A stretch of DNA of 64,000 nucleotides, from NCBI GenBank assembly GCA_963740315.1, contig CAVUDP010000003.1, forward strand, positions 448,001 to 512,000. The letters run 5' to 3'. Positions 42,893 through 53,638 of the stretch are shown here, piece after piece. Position 1 is the stretch's first letter. Every line of letters starts with the position of its first letter. Both the position numbers and the translations under genes were made by a program. Below the pieces are notes generated by a model. The model was not told the origin of the DNA, did no database searches, and saw nothing but the letters and a program-made list of their open reading frames with translations. The DNA is from an uncultured cyanobacterium (GTDB lineage: Bacteria; Cyanobacteriota; Cyanobacteriia; Cyanobacteriales; Nostocaceae).

Positions 42893-42992
42893 GTAGTGCG
42901 TTAACCGCACAGTAAGGTGAACGCGTAGCGTGTCCTCTTAGGACAGCATCTTGCTCGCTGTATGTCTCAAGCGAGCAAGATGCGATCACTAC
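42893..42992. repeat. GTAG-type REP-like palindrome interrupted by a 44 nt insertion
   Basis: GTAGTGCG[42901-42944]AGCATCTTGCTCGCT...AGCGAGCAAGATGCGATCACTAC. Confidence 0.7.
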
Positions 42993-43049
42993 CTAAAAAC
43001 CCATCCCCCATGCCTAATCCCCATTTGATAATTGATAATTAACAATTGA

Positions 43050-44315
43050 TTATTGATTCTTGACTGCTAACTCGATAGAATTTGCATCAATATCAAATTT
43101 GCGAGTAATGGCGTTAATTATGTTTTCTTCGACTGGAGTAGTTTCGTTGTTTAATTTTGCAATTCGATAACACTGGGCTAATAAAGGTGCTGCAAAATCG
43201 CGGTTTAATTGATTAAGCAACGTATCTAAAGGTTGGGGAGATTTAATATTTTGCTCGATCGCTTCTAAGGATTTAGAACTAAGGTTTAATGCTTCTAACT
43301 GCGGTAATATTTCTGACCAAGTTTGTTCTGGATGACTTGCAAGAATCATGTGTACCAAAATTTGATCCATAACTGCTTCTTGCGCGATCGCGGTTTGAAG
43401 ATAGTTTTCGCTTTGTTGCTGTAAATTTGCTATTGTCTCTTCGCTAGTTAAAGATTTTGTTGCGTCTAGCTTGGTTTCATAAAACCGACAAGCAGCATAT
43501 CCCAAAGAAAAAATCATTGTGGCGTTAGCGCTGGCTCCAATTACCGCACCAGCGAAAGGTATATTTCGCAGTAAACGCAATCCTGCTGTTTTTAAAAGAC
43601 GACCGCCTCCCAATCCTAAACCAAAAATCGCCAATACTTCACCTTTGCGGGCTGGATCTTGTAAATTCAACCCGTAGATAGATGCAATTTGATAAACCAT
43701 TTCTGACTGCAATTCGGTTGTTGCGGCTAAATCAACTGCTAATAATGCCGCAGCAGCACCCGGTAAAATACTGGTAGTTAAACCAATTCCCCCGGCTTTG
43801 ACTGCTTTGTCTACCATGATGCGGTGAGCGAGTTGAGTGGGTGATTCGTGAGGATATTTTTGCTTTAAGTGTTTAATTGCGGCTTCTGCTTTTATTAAAT
43901 CAACGTTATCGCTAGCACCTACAAGCCAGTTTAAATTCACGATTCCGGCTAATCTATGAATTAACCAGTTATCAGTAATATGACTGACTACGTTTCCTGC
44001 CGTTTCGGTGGCTTGTTCGATAATTTTGTGGGTTTGTTTTGCCGCTGCTTCTCCTACAGAAGCGACAGTTGAAACTACTGCTGAGCCAGCTTCTAAAGCG
44101 CTACCACCAACAATAACTCCGACTCCTAAAGCGGTATCGGTAATTGTTCCTCCTACTTCACCTACGGTTTTCGCGAAGGATTCTATAGGGGATGAGTTTG
44201 AATCTTGTTTTTCGGATGTTTTAATTTTTTCTGGAGTTGGAGAGTGAATCTTAACTTCTGTTTCTGAAGCGGAGGGAGTTGATTGAACTGGTTTTTGCTC
44301 GGCTTTATCTGACAT
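43050..44315 (-). CDS. EcsC/DUF697-like protein with possible TerB-like C-terminal helix bundle
   Basis: DLAATTELQSEMVYQIASIYG, IPFAGAVIGASANA; C-terminal CYRIAKLNNETTPVEE. Confidence 0.7.
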   Translation of the reverse strand: MSDKAEQKPVQSTPSASETEVKIHSPTPEKIKTSEKQDSNSSPIESFAKTVGEVGGTITDTALGVGVIVGGSALEAGSAVVSTVASVGEAAAKQTHKIIEQATETAGNVVSHITDNWLIHRLAGIVNLNWLVGASDNVDLIKAEAAIKHLKQKYPHESPTQLAHRIMVDKAVKAGGIGLTTSILPGAAAALLAVDLAATTELQSEMVYQIASIYGLNLQDPARKGEVLAIFGLGLGGGRLLKTAGLRLLRNIPFAGAVIGASANATMIFSLGYAACRFYETKLDATKSLTSEETIANLQQQSENYLQTAIAQEAVMDQILVHMILASHPEQTWSEILPQLEALNLSSKSLEAIEQNIKSPQPLDTLLNQLNRDFAAPLLAQCYRIAKLNNETTPVEENIINAITRKFDIDANSIELAVKNQ

Positions 44316-44850
44316 TTTAAGAATACCGCTAAATTATATAAAATTATTTTCTATTTGATTTATAACTGAGCGGCGATTGCTCGAACATCTATCTAAAAGC
44401 GCAATTTAGCTGCGACGAAATGCATAAATAAGTAGTTGTCTAAAATTAATTAAACATTTTCTGTAGATAGACACAGAGTAGGGAACTGTTATCGAACTTT
44501 TTCTGTAAATATATAAATAATCCAGGCTTGACTACTTCTTTCCTAATATTGATATTTTTATTAATTGCAAGCAGGTAATGTCTTGGCTCTAGTAGCACAG
44601 GGCTTAAATAGCGCACCCCTAATTTTAATGTGAGGAAGTCGGGTTTTTAAATACGTATCTGTAATACACTTACATTTTATAAAAACTCGACTTATATACC
44701 GGAGCCTTTTATCTTAACTTTAAGAAGGCAGCATTTTCTATGAATTTTTCTTGAAAATATAAAAATATGCTGGTTGAGGATGCGGATAATAAAATAATAA
44801 GAATGAATATAAAAACTGTAGATGCACCATGATAGGACTCTGGCTTGTAG

Positions 44851-45507
44851 TCAGGGTCTTTTTTTTGCAATTAATTTGGTAAAAAAGGTAGTTTTCTTCG
44901 GGTTATTAGCCTGCTGTTTGAGATATTTACCAGCAACCCATCCGATATTGTCTTTATATTTTACGAGAAACCACTCTACTCTATCTTGATAATTTCTTTG
45001 TTCTGTATCTTTTATTAAAATGGCATTACATGGAATTAAAGTAATTATTTGTGCATCTAAACTTGCTTCTCTACGCATATTTAGACCAGATGCATTTGGC
45101 GGGCAATCTAATCTGTATTTCGATCCAAATGAGTTATTTTCATTCTTAATAGGAGGAGTAGAAGGAGTAGAAGGAGTAGAAATGTTTCTAGGAATTATAG
45201 GATCTACAAATCTGCTTGATTCTGGTGTAACTGACTTTGTTTGCGATGAATATTGATTTTCTGCTGTATTCCAAGTATGTAAAAGTGTAGCGCTGGCAAC
45301 TGTGATAAATATTCCAAAAACAAAAAAACAAATCCCCATAAAAAGATTTGTTGCACGTATCGATTCGGGTTGTTTGTAATTATAATAACTAGATTTAGAA
45401 CTATTGAACCTTTTGCCTACCCATGATTTAACTGGAGTAAAAATAGATATTCCAAACAAAATAAGTAATATACCAAAATAAAAAAATAAAATTACTAAAA
45501 ATTTCAT
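44851..45507 (-). CDS. Membrane protein with C-terminal bacterial SH3-like domain
   Basis: Two TM segments; GLNMRREASLDAQIITLIP...WFLVKY...GWVAGKYL. Confidence 0.75.
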   Translation of the reverse strand: MKFLVILFFYFGILLILFGISIFTPVKSWVGKRFNSSKSSYYNYKQPESIRATNLFMGICFFVFGIFITVASATLLHTWNTAENQYSSQTKSVTPESSRFVDPIIPRNISTPSTPSTPPIKNENNSFGSKYRLDCPPNASGLNMRREASLDAQIITLIPCNAILIKDTEQRNYQDRVEWFLVKYKDNIGWVAGKYLKQQANNPKKTTFFTKLIAKKRP

Positions 45508-45685
45508 AAAAGTTTGTTCCTCTACATTTAATGTACAACGTAAATAGGGTATATTTACTTGTAAATATAAGAACCCGTAGAGGAAAGTTTAGCTATTATT
45601 TATTTTTGAAACTAGTAGATTTAGTTACAATCTATTTTTTTGTTTTTAATATTTAATTTTTAGAATTTGTTTTATAAGGATTTTT

Positions 45686-45716
<31 letters not shown>

Positions 45717-45758
45717 TTTAAAATATTTAATACCCCATGAACTTGTAGGGAATAACCC

Positions 45759-45792
45759 AAAAAAAACCCAGTATTTTAAATATACTGGGTTT
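45759..45792 (-). terminator. Intrinsic terminator after the alpha/beta hydrolase
   Basis: AAACCCAGTAT...ATACTGGGTTT 11 bp stem with T run on the minus strand. Confidence 0.75.
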
Positions 45793-45814
45793 GTACAAAA
45801 TATCTCAAAAAACT

Positions 45815-46633
45815 TCAATTTTTGGATTTCATGGTTTCGCTATTACATTCTAAAAAGTTGTTCTGACGCATAATCTCGTAAATATTGATATCTTTTTCTA
45901 ACAAGCAGGCGTGTCCGCTTTCTGGAAGTACTATAATTTTAGAATTAGGAAGAATATCGGCTAACCTCAAAGCTTCTGTGGTAGAAGGTAAAAGTCTATC
46001 ATTGGCACCAGCAATTAATAAAATCGGTTGAGTTAATTTACTTAGTTGGTATTCATCGATATGAAACTCCCGAAGTAATGATATTCGCCAGCGAATAGTT
46101 TCCGGTGGAACTGAACGCATGGCTTTCAAAAGTTCTTGGCGATCGCTGCTAGACATTCTTGGTAAGGAAGCTAGAAACGCTAACAATCCAAAAGCGCCTA
46201 GATCGTAAAAGAAGTTAGGCACGAAGTCGGTAAATTGCGAACCCCAATTAAAAAAAGGACGAATCCGAAAGCTAGAAGCTGGATTTAACAAAATTATCCG
46301 CTTAAACAGGTGTGGTGCTGCGACTGCTACCTTCTGCACCAAACAACCCCCGAATGATTCTCCACAAAGATAAACTGCTCTTTGAGGTGTGTTTTTGAGT
46401 TCTGCATGAATTAATTTCAACACGCTTAGGGTGAGTTCATCCCAATCAGTAAGATCGTCTCGCGGTATTGCTAAACAACGCACGTCAAAACCAGCTTCCA
46501 AACCATCTGTTTGGGTTCGCAATAGTTGACCGGAGCCATCCATCCCAGGCAAATATATAAATAGCGGATAATCCGTGCGTATTGTTTTTGGAGTAAGAAA
46601 ACATGGCTGTAACCCAACTTCTGGTCTATTCAT
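45815..46633 (-). CDS. Alpha/beta fold hydrolase
   Basis: YLPGMDGSG, GESFGG nucleophile elbow, DRLLPS, GHACLLE. Confidence 0.92.
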   Translation of the reverse strand: MNRPEVGLQPCFLTPKTIRTDYPLFIYLPGMDGSGQLLRTQTDGLEAGFDVRCLAIPRDDLTDWDELTLSVLKLIHAELKNTPQRAVYLCGESFGGCLVQKVAVAAPHLFKRIILLNPASSFRIRPFFNWGSQFTDFVPNFFYDLGAFGLLAFLASLPRMSSSDRQELLKAMRSVPPETIRWRISLLREFHIDEYQLSKLTQPILLIAGANDRLLPSTTEALRLADILPNSKIIVLPESGHACLLEKDINIYEIMRQNNFLECNSETMKSKN

Positions 46634-47384
46634 TAGTTAATAGTTAATTTTCAATAGTTAATTATTTTTTTTATATTTATGAGAATTTTGAGAGCTGGAG
46701 GTGGAGGAAGCTTGACTTGAAAATTGTAATTATGACAAGGGAGTTGGCAGTGGGTAGTAGGGGTAAGGGTTTAAAGCTAAAAAACATTATATTACATATT
46801 TCTGTGTATTTATACTGACCTATTTAAGTCTGTAATTTCTGACTCAAAATAAAGGCGTAAGTTCTTCTACTATAGTTCTTGACTGTAGCGTTTAAGATCG
46901 GTGCATTCATAAAGCTGGGATGATTGCAAAAAGCAATATGCTTGCATGAGGTATGCGATCTGAAGGGGCGATCGACAAATTAATAGCGGATGATTCAGAC
47001 TCATAAGTTTTTAATATAAATTTTAGAGTAATATCTCATTTTAACTTGAGTGTATTTTTACATTTATCAACTATAAATATGACTCTATTGAAACTGCGGA
47101 AAATATTGATTAAGAGGTTATAATCTTCAATAGTAAGATAATTTGTATTCATAGTCACAATAATTTTAAATAATATTTCTCAATAATAATTCAACGAATA
47201 ATCTTTAATTTAGATAAAAATCAATTCAGTTTATATTTATGTTTAAACAAACTGTAAGTAAATAAATTTGCTAATATTAAATTGCCGCTTGAAAAAGCAT
47301 GAGCAATATTGTATAATAACGTGGTTTTAGTTAAAAATGTCAGATAGGAACCCGTTTTTTTTTTAGAAGTAATTTTATTTTTTC

Positions 47385-48977
47385 ATGAGTCTAGTGGATA
47401 AAACAAAAAATACATTTGCACTTACGACACCGCTATATTATGTTAACGATTTGCCTCACATAGGCAGTGCCTACACAACAATGGCAGCAGATGTAGTGGC
47501 GCGATTTCAGAGACTTTTAGGTAATCAAGTACTTTTTATTACAGGAACCGACGAACACGGACAAAAAATTCAGCGTGCAGCAGAAAGTAAAGGCTTAGTA
47601 CCTCAAGAATTTACTAACAAAATTTCTGCGGAATTTGTATCTTTGTGGAAATTGCTCAATATTCAATACGATCGCTTTATCCGCACGACCGATCTGCGTC
47701 ATGAAGCAATAGTAAAAGAGTTCTTTGGAAGACTCTGGGAAAGCGGGGATATTTATCTTGGTCAACAAAAAGGTTGGTATTGCGTCTCTTGCGAAGAATT
47801 TAAAGAAGAACGCGAACTCTTAGAAGGAAAGCGTTGTCCCATCCATACTAATAAAGAAGTCGAATGGCGAGACGAAGAAAACTATTTCTTCAGGTTATCA
47901 AAATATCAAACGACTTTAGAAGAATTATATAGCTCGAAACCAGATTTTCTTCAACCAGAAAGTCGGCGAAACGAAATTCTAAACTTTATTAAAGGAGGGT
48001 TACAGGATTTTTCGATTTCGCGGGTGAATGTTGAGTGGGGTTTTCCAGTACCTAATGACCCAAAGCATACTTTATATGTTTGGTTTGACGCTTTGCTGGG
48101 ATATCTTACAGCTTTGCTCGAACCGGATTCGGAACCAACATTAGAAAATGCTTTAGCTAAATGGTATCCGATAAACTTGCATTTAATTGGTAAAGATATT
48201 TTACGCTTTCATGCGATATCCTGGCCCGCATTGTTGATAAGTGCCAATTTACCTTTACCAAAAAGAGTATTTGGACACGGTTTTTTGACCAAAGATGGTC
48301 AGAAGATGGGTAAAAGCCTTGGTAATACCATCGATCCTGTAGCTTTGGTGGAGAAATATGGTGCAGATGCAATTCGTTATTACTTTATTAAGGAAATCGG
48401 TTTTGGCAAAGATGGCGACTTTAATGAAGTTAGATTCATTGAAGTTGTAAATGCAGATTTGGCGAAGAATTTAGGTAATTTGCTAAATCGGAATTTAAAA
48501 ATGGTCAAAAAATACTGTGCTGGGAATATACCGTCAATTACAAACGAAAACGTTCCTCAAAATAATCCTTTGAAAGCGATCGGTTTGCAATTAGGAGAAC
48601 AAGTTAAAGCTAACTACGAAGCCCTAGCTTTCAGTCAAGGCTGCGAAGCTATTCTTAGATTGTCCCAAGCTTGTAATAAATATATTGACGAACAAGCACC
48701 TTGGTCATTATACAAACAAGAAAAACAGCAAGAATTGGAACAAGTTTTGTACGTTGTTTTAGAATCGGTAAGGTTGGCAGCTTATCTACTTTCTCCGGTA
48801 ATCCCTAGTATTAGTACCGATATATACCAGCAACTGGGTTTTGCAATTGACTTTAATAATCAGATAGAAACTGCAACTGCCGCACCCTTTGCCATACATG
48901 GATACTGGGGATTGCTAAGAGCCGAACAACAGTTAGGTAAAGCCAAACCAATCTTTCAAAGCATTGAACTGAATTGA
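47385..48977 (+). CDS. metG: Methionine--tRNA ligase
   Basis: YYVNDLPHIGS (HIGH), GTDEHGQK, YVWFDAL, KMGKSLGN. Confidence 0.97.
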   Translation: MSLVDKTKNTFALTTPLYYVNDLPHIGSAYTTMAADVVARFQRLLGNQVLFITGTDEHGQKIQRAAESKGLVPQEFTNKISAEFVSLWKLLNIQYDRFIRTTDLRHEAIVKEFFGRLWESGDIYLGQQKGWYCVSCEEFKEERELLEGKRCPIHTNKEVEWRDEENYFFRLSKYQTTLEELYSSKPDFLQPESRRNEILNFIKGGLQDFSISRVNVEWGFPVPNDPKHTLYVWFDALLGYLTALLEPDSEPTLENALAKWYPINLHLIGKDILRFHAISWPALLISANLPLPKRVFGHGFLTKDGQKMGKSLGNTIDPVALVEKYGADAIRYYFIKEIGFGKDGDFNEVRFIEVVNADLAKNLGNLLNRNLKMVKKYCAGNIPSITNENVPQNNPLKAIGLQLGEQVKANYEALAFSQGCEAILRLSQACNKYIDEQAPWSLYKQEKQQELEQVLYVVLESVRLAAYLLSPVIPSISTDIYQQLGFAIDFNNQIETATAAPFAIHGYWGLLRAEQQLGKAKPIFQSIELN

Positions 48978-49198
48978 TGAAGATTAATTCAGCTTTATAT
49001 TAAGCTCGCCGCGTTGTAACAACTGTCCGAGATTTTTCAATGTATTTCTGACAAAAAATAAAAAATACGGAGATAATCGTAAATTTAAAACTCGCAAGTA
49101 TTAGCCTTGAATGATTATCATAAATCGCCGAAACTTACGTATAGATGTAAGCAATAGGTTTCAATGATTACAAAAATAACAAATGAGGTATCAGAAAA

Positions 49199-49831
49199 AT
49201 GTTGAATAATATACAAGAAGAGTCAATATTTACACCAGAACAAGTTTTAGAAAATCGAGGTCGTGTAGCTATATTTATTGATGGCTCAAATTTGTTTTAC
49301 GCGGCGTTACAATTAGGAATTGAAATTGACTACACGAAGTTGCTTTCGAGACTCACAGGTGGTTCTAGATTGTTACGTTCGTTTTTCTATACAGGTGTAG
49401 ATCGGACAAATGAGAAGCAACAGGGATTTTTATTGTGGATGCGGCGTAATGGTTATAGAGTCATAGCCAAAGATTTGGTACAGCTACCAGATGGCTCAAA
49501 AAAAGCCAATTTGGATGTAGAAATAGCGGTAGATATGATGGCTTTGGTGGATTCCTACGATACTGCGGTTTTAGTTAGTGGTGATGGGGATTTAGCATAT
49601 GCGGTGAATTCGGTTAGTTATCGCGGCGTTAGAGTAGAAGTAGTTAGTTTGCGTTCTATGACTAGCGACAGTTTGATTAACGTTTCCGATCGCTACATCG
49701 ATCTAGAAGCAGTTAAAGATGATATTCAAAAGACACCTCGTCAAGGCTATCCTTACCGCCCACTACCCGAAATGAGTTTTTTAGAACAATCATCTGAGAT
49801 GGTAAATCCTCGTTTGGAAGTTCCAGAATGA
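49199..49831 (+). CDS. NYN-domain (LabA/DUF88) protein
   Basis: IFIDGSNLFY, KKANLDVEIAVDM, LVSGDGD. Confidence 0.92.
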   Translation: MLNNIQEESIFTPEQVLENRGRVAIFIDGSNLFYAALQLGIEIDYTKLLSRLTGGSRLLRSFFYTGVDRTNEKQQGFLLWMRRNGYRVIAKDLVQLPDGSKKANLDVEIAVDMMALVDSYDTAVLVSGDGDLAYAVNSVSYRGVRVEVVSLRSMTSDSLINVSDRYIDLEAVKDDIQKTPRQGYPYRPLPEMSFLEQSSEMVNPRLEVPE

Positions 49832-50207
49832 AGCCAAACAATGGAAATACGATCGATTGGTTAGAGGAAGAATAATCACGGATCGAAAACTAAATTATCC
49901 AAAATTCATTTATGAGATGCGTCAGTTAACTAAATCCTTTGAATATTAAGGAATTGTTCATACTGGCGCATTTTATAGTATTGATATTTTTACTGTTAGT
50001 TTTTCGTTAACATTTTAGATAAAATCTGTTTTTAGAGTTTACCTTATTTTCACAACTTTACCCAACATTTTTTTCCGTTGTTAAAGGGGGGTTTAATTAC
50101 GTGCAAAAGATAGACAGAAAAAATTTTCAGAAAAAATATGGATAATATTAATTTTTTCTGCGTCTGTGAATGCAGTATGGCGCAAACAACTGTCTAATAT
50201 AAACCCG

Positions 50208-51368
50208 ATGAAAAGCTTAACTCACAGGACTTTTAGCCTCTGCCTTCTACTATGCGCCTTCTCCCTTCCGATGTTAGTTAGCTGTGGAGGACAGAAAAAG
50301 CGTATTGATGATGAACCAGTTGAAAACGAATCCGTACAGGAAGACGAAAGTAAGTTCACTTTTCAAGGTGTAGCTTTAGAACAATTTGATGAAAAAGGAC
50401 AACCAATTTGGAAAGTAAACGCCAAGCAGGCTAAATACACTAAAGAAAAGCAAATTGGTGAAGCTGAAAATCCCTATGGTGAATTATATCAAGACGGAAA
50501 AATAGTTTACAAAATTACGGCACAAAAAGCTGATATTAGGCAAGACGGAAAGCAACTATTTCTCAAAGGCAAAATTGTTGCAACCGATCCGACTAACGGT
50601 GTGGTATTGCGGGGTAATGAACTCGAATGGCGACCAAAAGAAGACTTAATGATTGTTCGCAACCAACTTAACGGTTCTCACAAACAGTTACAAGCAGTAG
50701 CTCAAGAAGCAAGAGTCAAAACCCGCGAACAGCGTATTGACTTCAACGGGGGAGTCGTAGCCAAATCAGTCGAACCGCAACTGCAAATGCGAACCGAGCA
50801 TTTAACCTGGATGGTTAAACAAGAGAAATTAATTGGCGATCGCACTATGCAGATTGACCGTTTCAAGAATGGTAAAGTTACCGATAGGGGTAGGGGAGAT
50901 GCTGCTGAAGTTTTCTTAAAAACAAAAATAGTCAACATTACAAAAAATGCCTTTATCGAATTACTAGATCCCCTGGTACAAATAGCTAGTAATTCTATGA
51001 CTTGGAATATGAATGCAGAAACAATTAAAACAAATGCACCTCTAAAAGTGGTGCATCGTGCTGAAAATATAACTGTAAGTGGCAATCGAGGTGAATTAAA
51101 AATACCATCACAAACAGTTTACGTTCAAGGTGATGTTAAAGGTATCGGACAAAAAGGTCAGTCAATCCAATCCGATAATTTAACTTGGTATTTAGACAAA
51201 GAATTAGTAGAAGCGAATGGAAACGTAACATACGGGCAAACAACCCCTCAATTCACTTTTAAAGGTGAAACCGCCACAGGTAATTTTAAAACAGAAAATG
51301 TGGTTGTAAAAGGAGGAAATTCTGGCGATAGAGTAATTACAGAAATTATTCCGCAATTTAACAATTAA
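50208..51368 (+). CDS. lptC: LPS export periplasmic protein LptC (repeated beta-jellyroll, lipoprotein signal)
   Basis: LVSC lipobox-like motif, LEQFDEKGQPIWKV, repeated xLxW beta motifs; GTG 50166 alternative start. Confidence 0.8.
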   Translation: MKSLTHRTFSLCLLLCAFSLPMLVSCGGQKKRIDDEPVENESVQEDESKFTFQGVALEQFDEKGQPIWKVNAKQAKYTKEKQIGEAENPYGELYQDGKIVYKITAQKADIRQDGKQLFLKGKIVATDPTNGVVLRGNELEWRPKEDLMIVRNQLNGSHKQLQAVAQEARVKTREQRIDFNGGVVAKSVEPQLQMRTEHLTWMVKQEKLIGDRTMQIDRFKNGKVTDRGRGDAAEVFLKTKIVNITKNAFIELLDPLVQIASNSMTWNMNAETIKTNAPLKVVHRAENITVSGNRGELKIPSQTVYVQGDVKGIGQKGQSIQSDNLTWYLDKELVEANGNVTYGQTTPQFTFKGETATGNFKTENVVVKGGNSGDRVITEIIPQFNN

Positions 51369-51381
51369 CAGTTAACTGATT

Positions 51382-52704
51382 TCAGCTTTTATACAAAATT
51401 TCATTGCGACTTGTCTTACCTAATTCAGGTATTGCTTTTTTTCCGCTCGTGGGACTAACGCCAGTTGAAGCGGTTTCTGGGACTTGCAATTCTTTAAGCA
51501 TTTTTTGCAACAATTTGTCCTGTTCGGAACGGAAACCCGGTACATATGTTCCTCTATTAATAATTGCAAACCAAACTAAACCACGATCTTTTGTTGGCAT
51601 GACTCCAGCTAAGGCACTGACATCACGTAAGGTTCCAGTTTTGAAAGCAGTATTTTTGGGTATGCGTCTGGCGTAAGTTGTGCCGCGATGATCTAACCCA
51701 GAAGTCGGGAAAAAGTCAGCTACCGTCAGATTATCAGGAGCTGCTAAACGCTGAATTGCCATCAACATAGCGGTAGCAGCCCTTGGAGAAATACGGTTTT
51801 CTTGTCCGAGTCCAGAACCGTTGATTAATTGAATTTCCGATGGCGGTACTCTTGCAAGTTTGGCAGCTTTTGATTGGACTACACTTGCTCCTCCTACGGA
51901 TTCTGCAAGCATTTCTGCCATTTTGTTGTTGCTGAAAACGTTCATCTCATTAATTATCTGTGCCATCGGTAATGAGTAATGACGTATCAGCTGGGTTTGT
52001 GAGACTTTTATCTCGTCTTTAACTTCAACTTTTCCCGTAAATACAACGCTCGGTTTCAGGGTACCTTTGGGCATTCGCGAATATTGAGAGGCTATATTTC
52101 TGGACCAGGTAGCAAAATTTAGTGCCCTCCTCAGCGCTTCTCCTGCTAATTGGGGATTGCGTTGGAAATTCATCGCAAATTTTCCGACAACAATCAAATT
52201 TCCGTTAACGCGCTTTATACCCATTTTGTTGAGCATATTGCCAATAGTTATTGCTTCTTCCCAAACAAACAAAGGGTCCCCACTAGCATTAACTACTAAA
52301 TTTCCTTCTAATACACCATTTTTGACAGGTCCTGTAGCACTTATCAAAGTTTCAAACTTATGGTCTGAACCCCAATGGTTGAGCGCAACAAGTGAAGTTG
52401 CAATTTTTGTTAAAGAAGCAGCAGGTAAAGGTTTGGTACCTTGATGGTTAGCCATGAGTATCGGACCTGACTGCATCCAAATACCTTGAATTTGGGTTTG
52501 TTCGGGTTTGATTAATTTTAATGCTTGTAATTCTTTTATATATTCTCGTATCGTATTACTTCTGGCTGGATTTGGATCGGGGGCGAGAACCAAGCCAGTA
52601 CCAGCTTGCCAAGCTAAGGCATCAAGAGCCTGCATTGGCTTAACCTGTACCCCTGCCATATCTAACCACAAGGAAACTAAACCCGAACCAAATAATTCCA
52701 GCAT
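51382..52704 (-). CDS. dacB: D-alanyl-D-alanine carboxypeptidase (peptidase S13, PBP4-like)
   Basis: PAASLTK (SxxK), SGDP, SNN (SxN), NGSGL, KTGTL. Confidence 0.88.
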   Translation of the reverse strand: MLELFGSGLVSLWLDMAGVQVKPMQALDALAWQAGTGLVLAPDPNPARSNTIREYIKELQALKLIKPEQTQIQGIWMQSGPILMANHQGTKPLPAASLTKIATSLVALNHWGSDHKFETLISATGPVKNGVLEGNLVVNASGDPLFVWEEAITIGNMLNKMGIKRVNGNLIVVGKFAMNFQRNPQLAGEALRRALNFATWSRNIASQYSRMPKGTLKPSVVFTGKVEVKDEIKVSQTQLIRHYSLPMAQIINEMNVFSNNKMAEMLAESVGGASVVQSKAAKLARVPPSEIQLINGSGLGQENRISPRAATAMLMAIQRLAAPDNLTVADFFPTSGLDHRGTTYARRIPKNTAFKTGTLRDVSALAGVMPTKDRGLVWFAIINRGTYVPGFRSEQDKLLQKMLKELQVPETASTGVSPTSGKKAIPELGKTSRNEILYKS

Positions 52705-53638
52705 CCTTAACTCCTATATAAGTAATAGCTACTATTGCTGTTGTAATATTACACACGCATTGCAAACTGTAACGCATGGTGGTAATCATAACGAACGATC
52801 CTCACTTCTGGAAGAGGGTAATATAACAAAGTTTTGTAATTTACCTCAACCTTTATGCTTAAATTTTTCAAGTAATGGGTTTTATTATCACACTTCTGGT
52901 TGCGATCGCACCAAATTGATGGATGAAAAACAAGCGCAGGGGATAAATAATAAATAAGTGTTTTAACCGGAATTCAAGAAATAAACAGTTTTATAGTTCG
53001 AGGTATGACTAATAAGAATGACTTTTGTAGAGTTCATGAAAATTAAAAGGAGATAATCCTACGAGCTTTAGTGATGCGCCTCAAAGCGATCGATTGAAGG
53101 GAGTTAGATAAACGACGGCGATCCAACAGGACTTGACCGCAAAATAAGTTACTTACGTTTCCTTGCTCAAAGACTAAAAATCTATATTATCAACAAATAC
53201 CGAGAACGCCCTTTTTAAACGGTTGCGCCACAGTTGTTGTGAATATCTTCTGGACATTTAATGGTAAATCAGGCAAATTTCACCAGCTTTTTGGATTTTG
53301 GGTCGCCCGCGAACAGATTTACTACTATATTTTTCAAGATATTTATATGTAGTACCACTGGTTACTATAGTATTTGTCAAGGGAGTTATTAGCGGGTTGT
53401 GTAAGCAATTTTCAATCTAGCTGCAATGTTTTTTTATTAGTCAATACCCCATCCGATTGCTCAAAACATTTACCTGTAAAGAGATGAGACTGGAGTGATA
53501 GAGGTAAATTCATGTTATGTTGAGCAAAAGCAGAATTTGATGCCTTACTTTAAAAAAATAGGATTTGGTAGCTCTCAATCTACTACGACTCTTCTAGGCA
53601 TCTGGTAAAATTTGTAAGGTTTCTGGAAGCTCTGAGCA

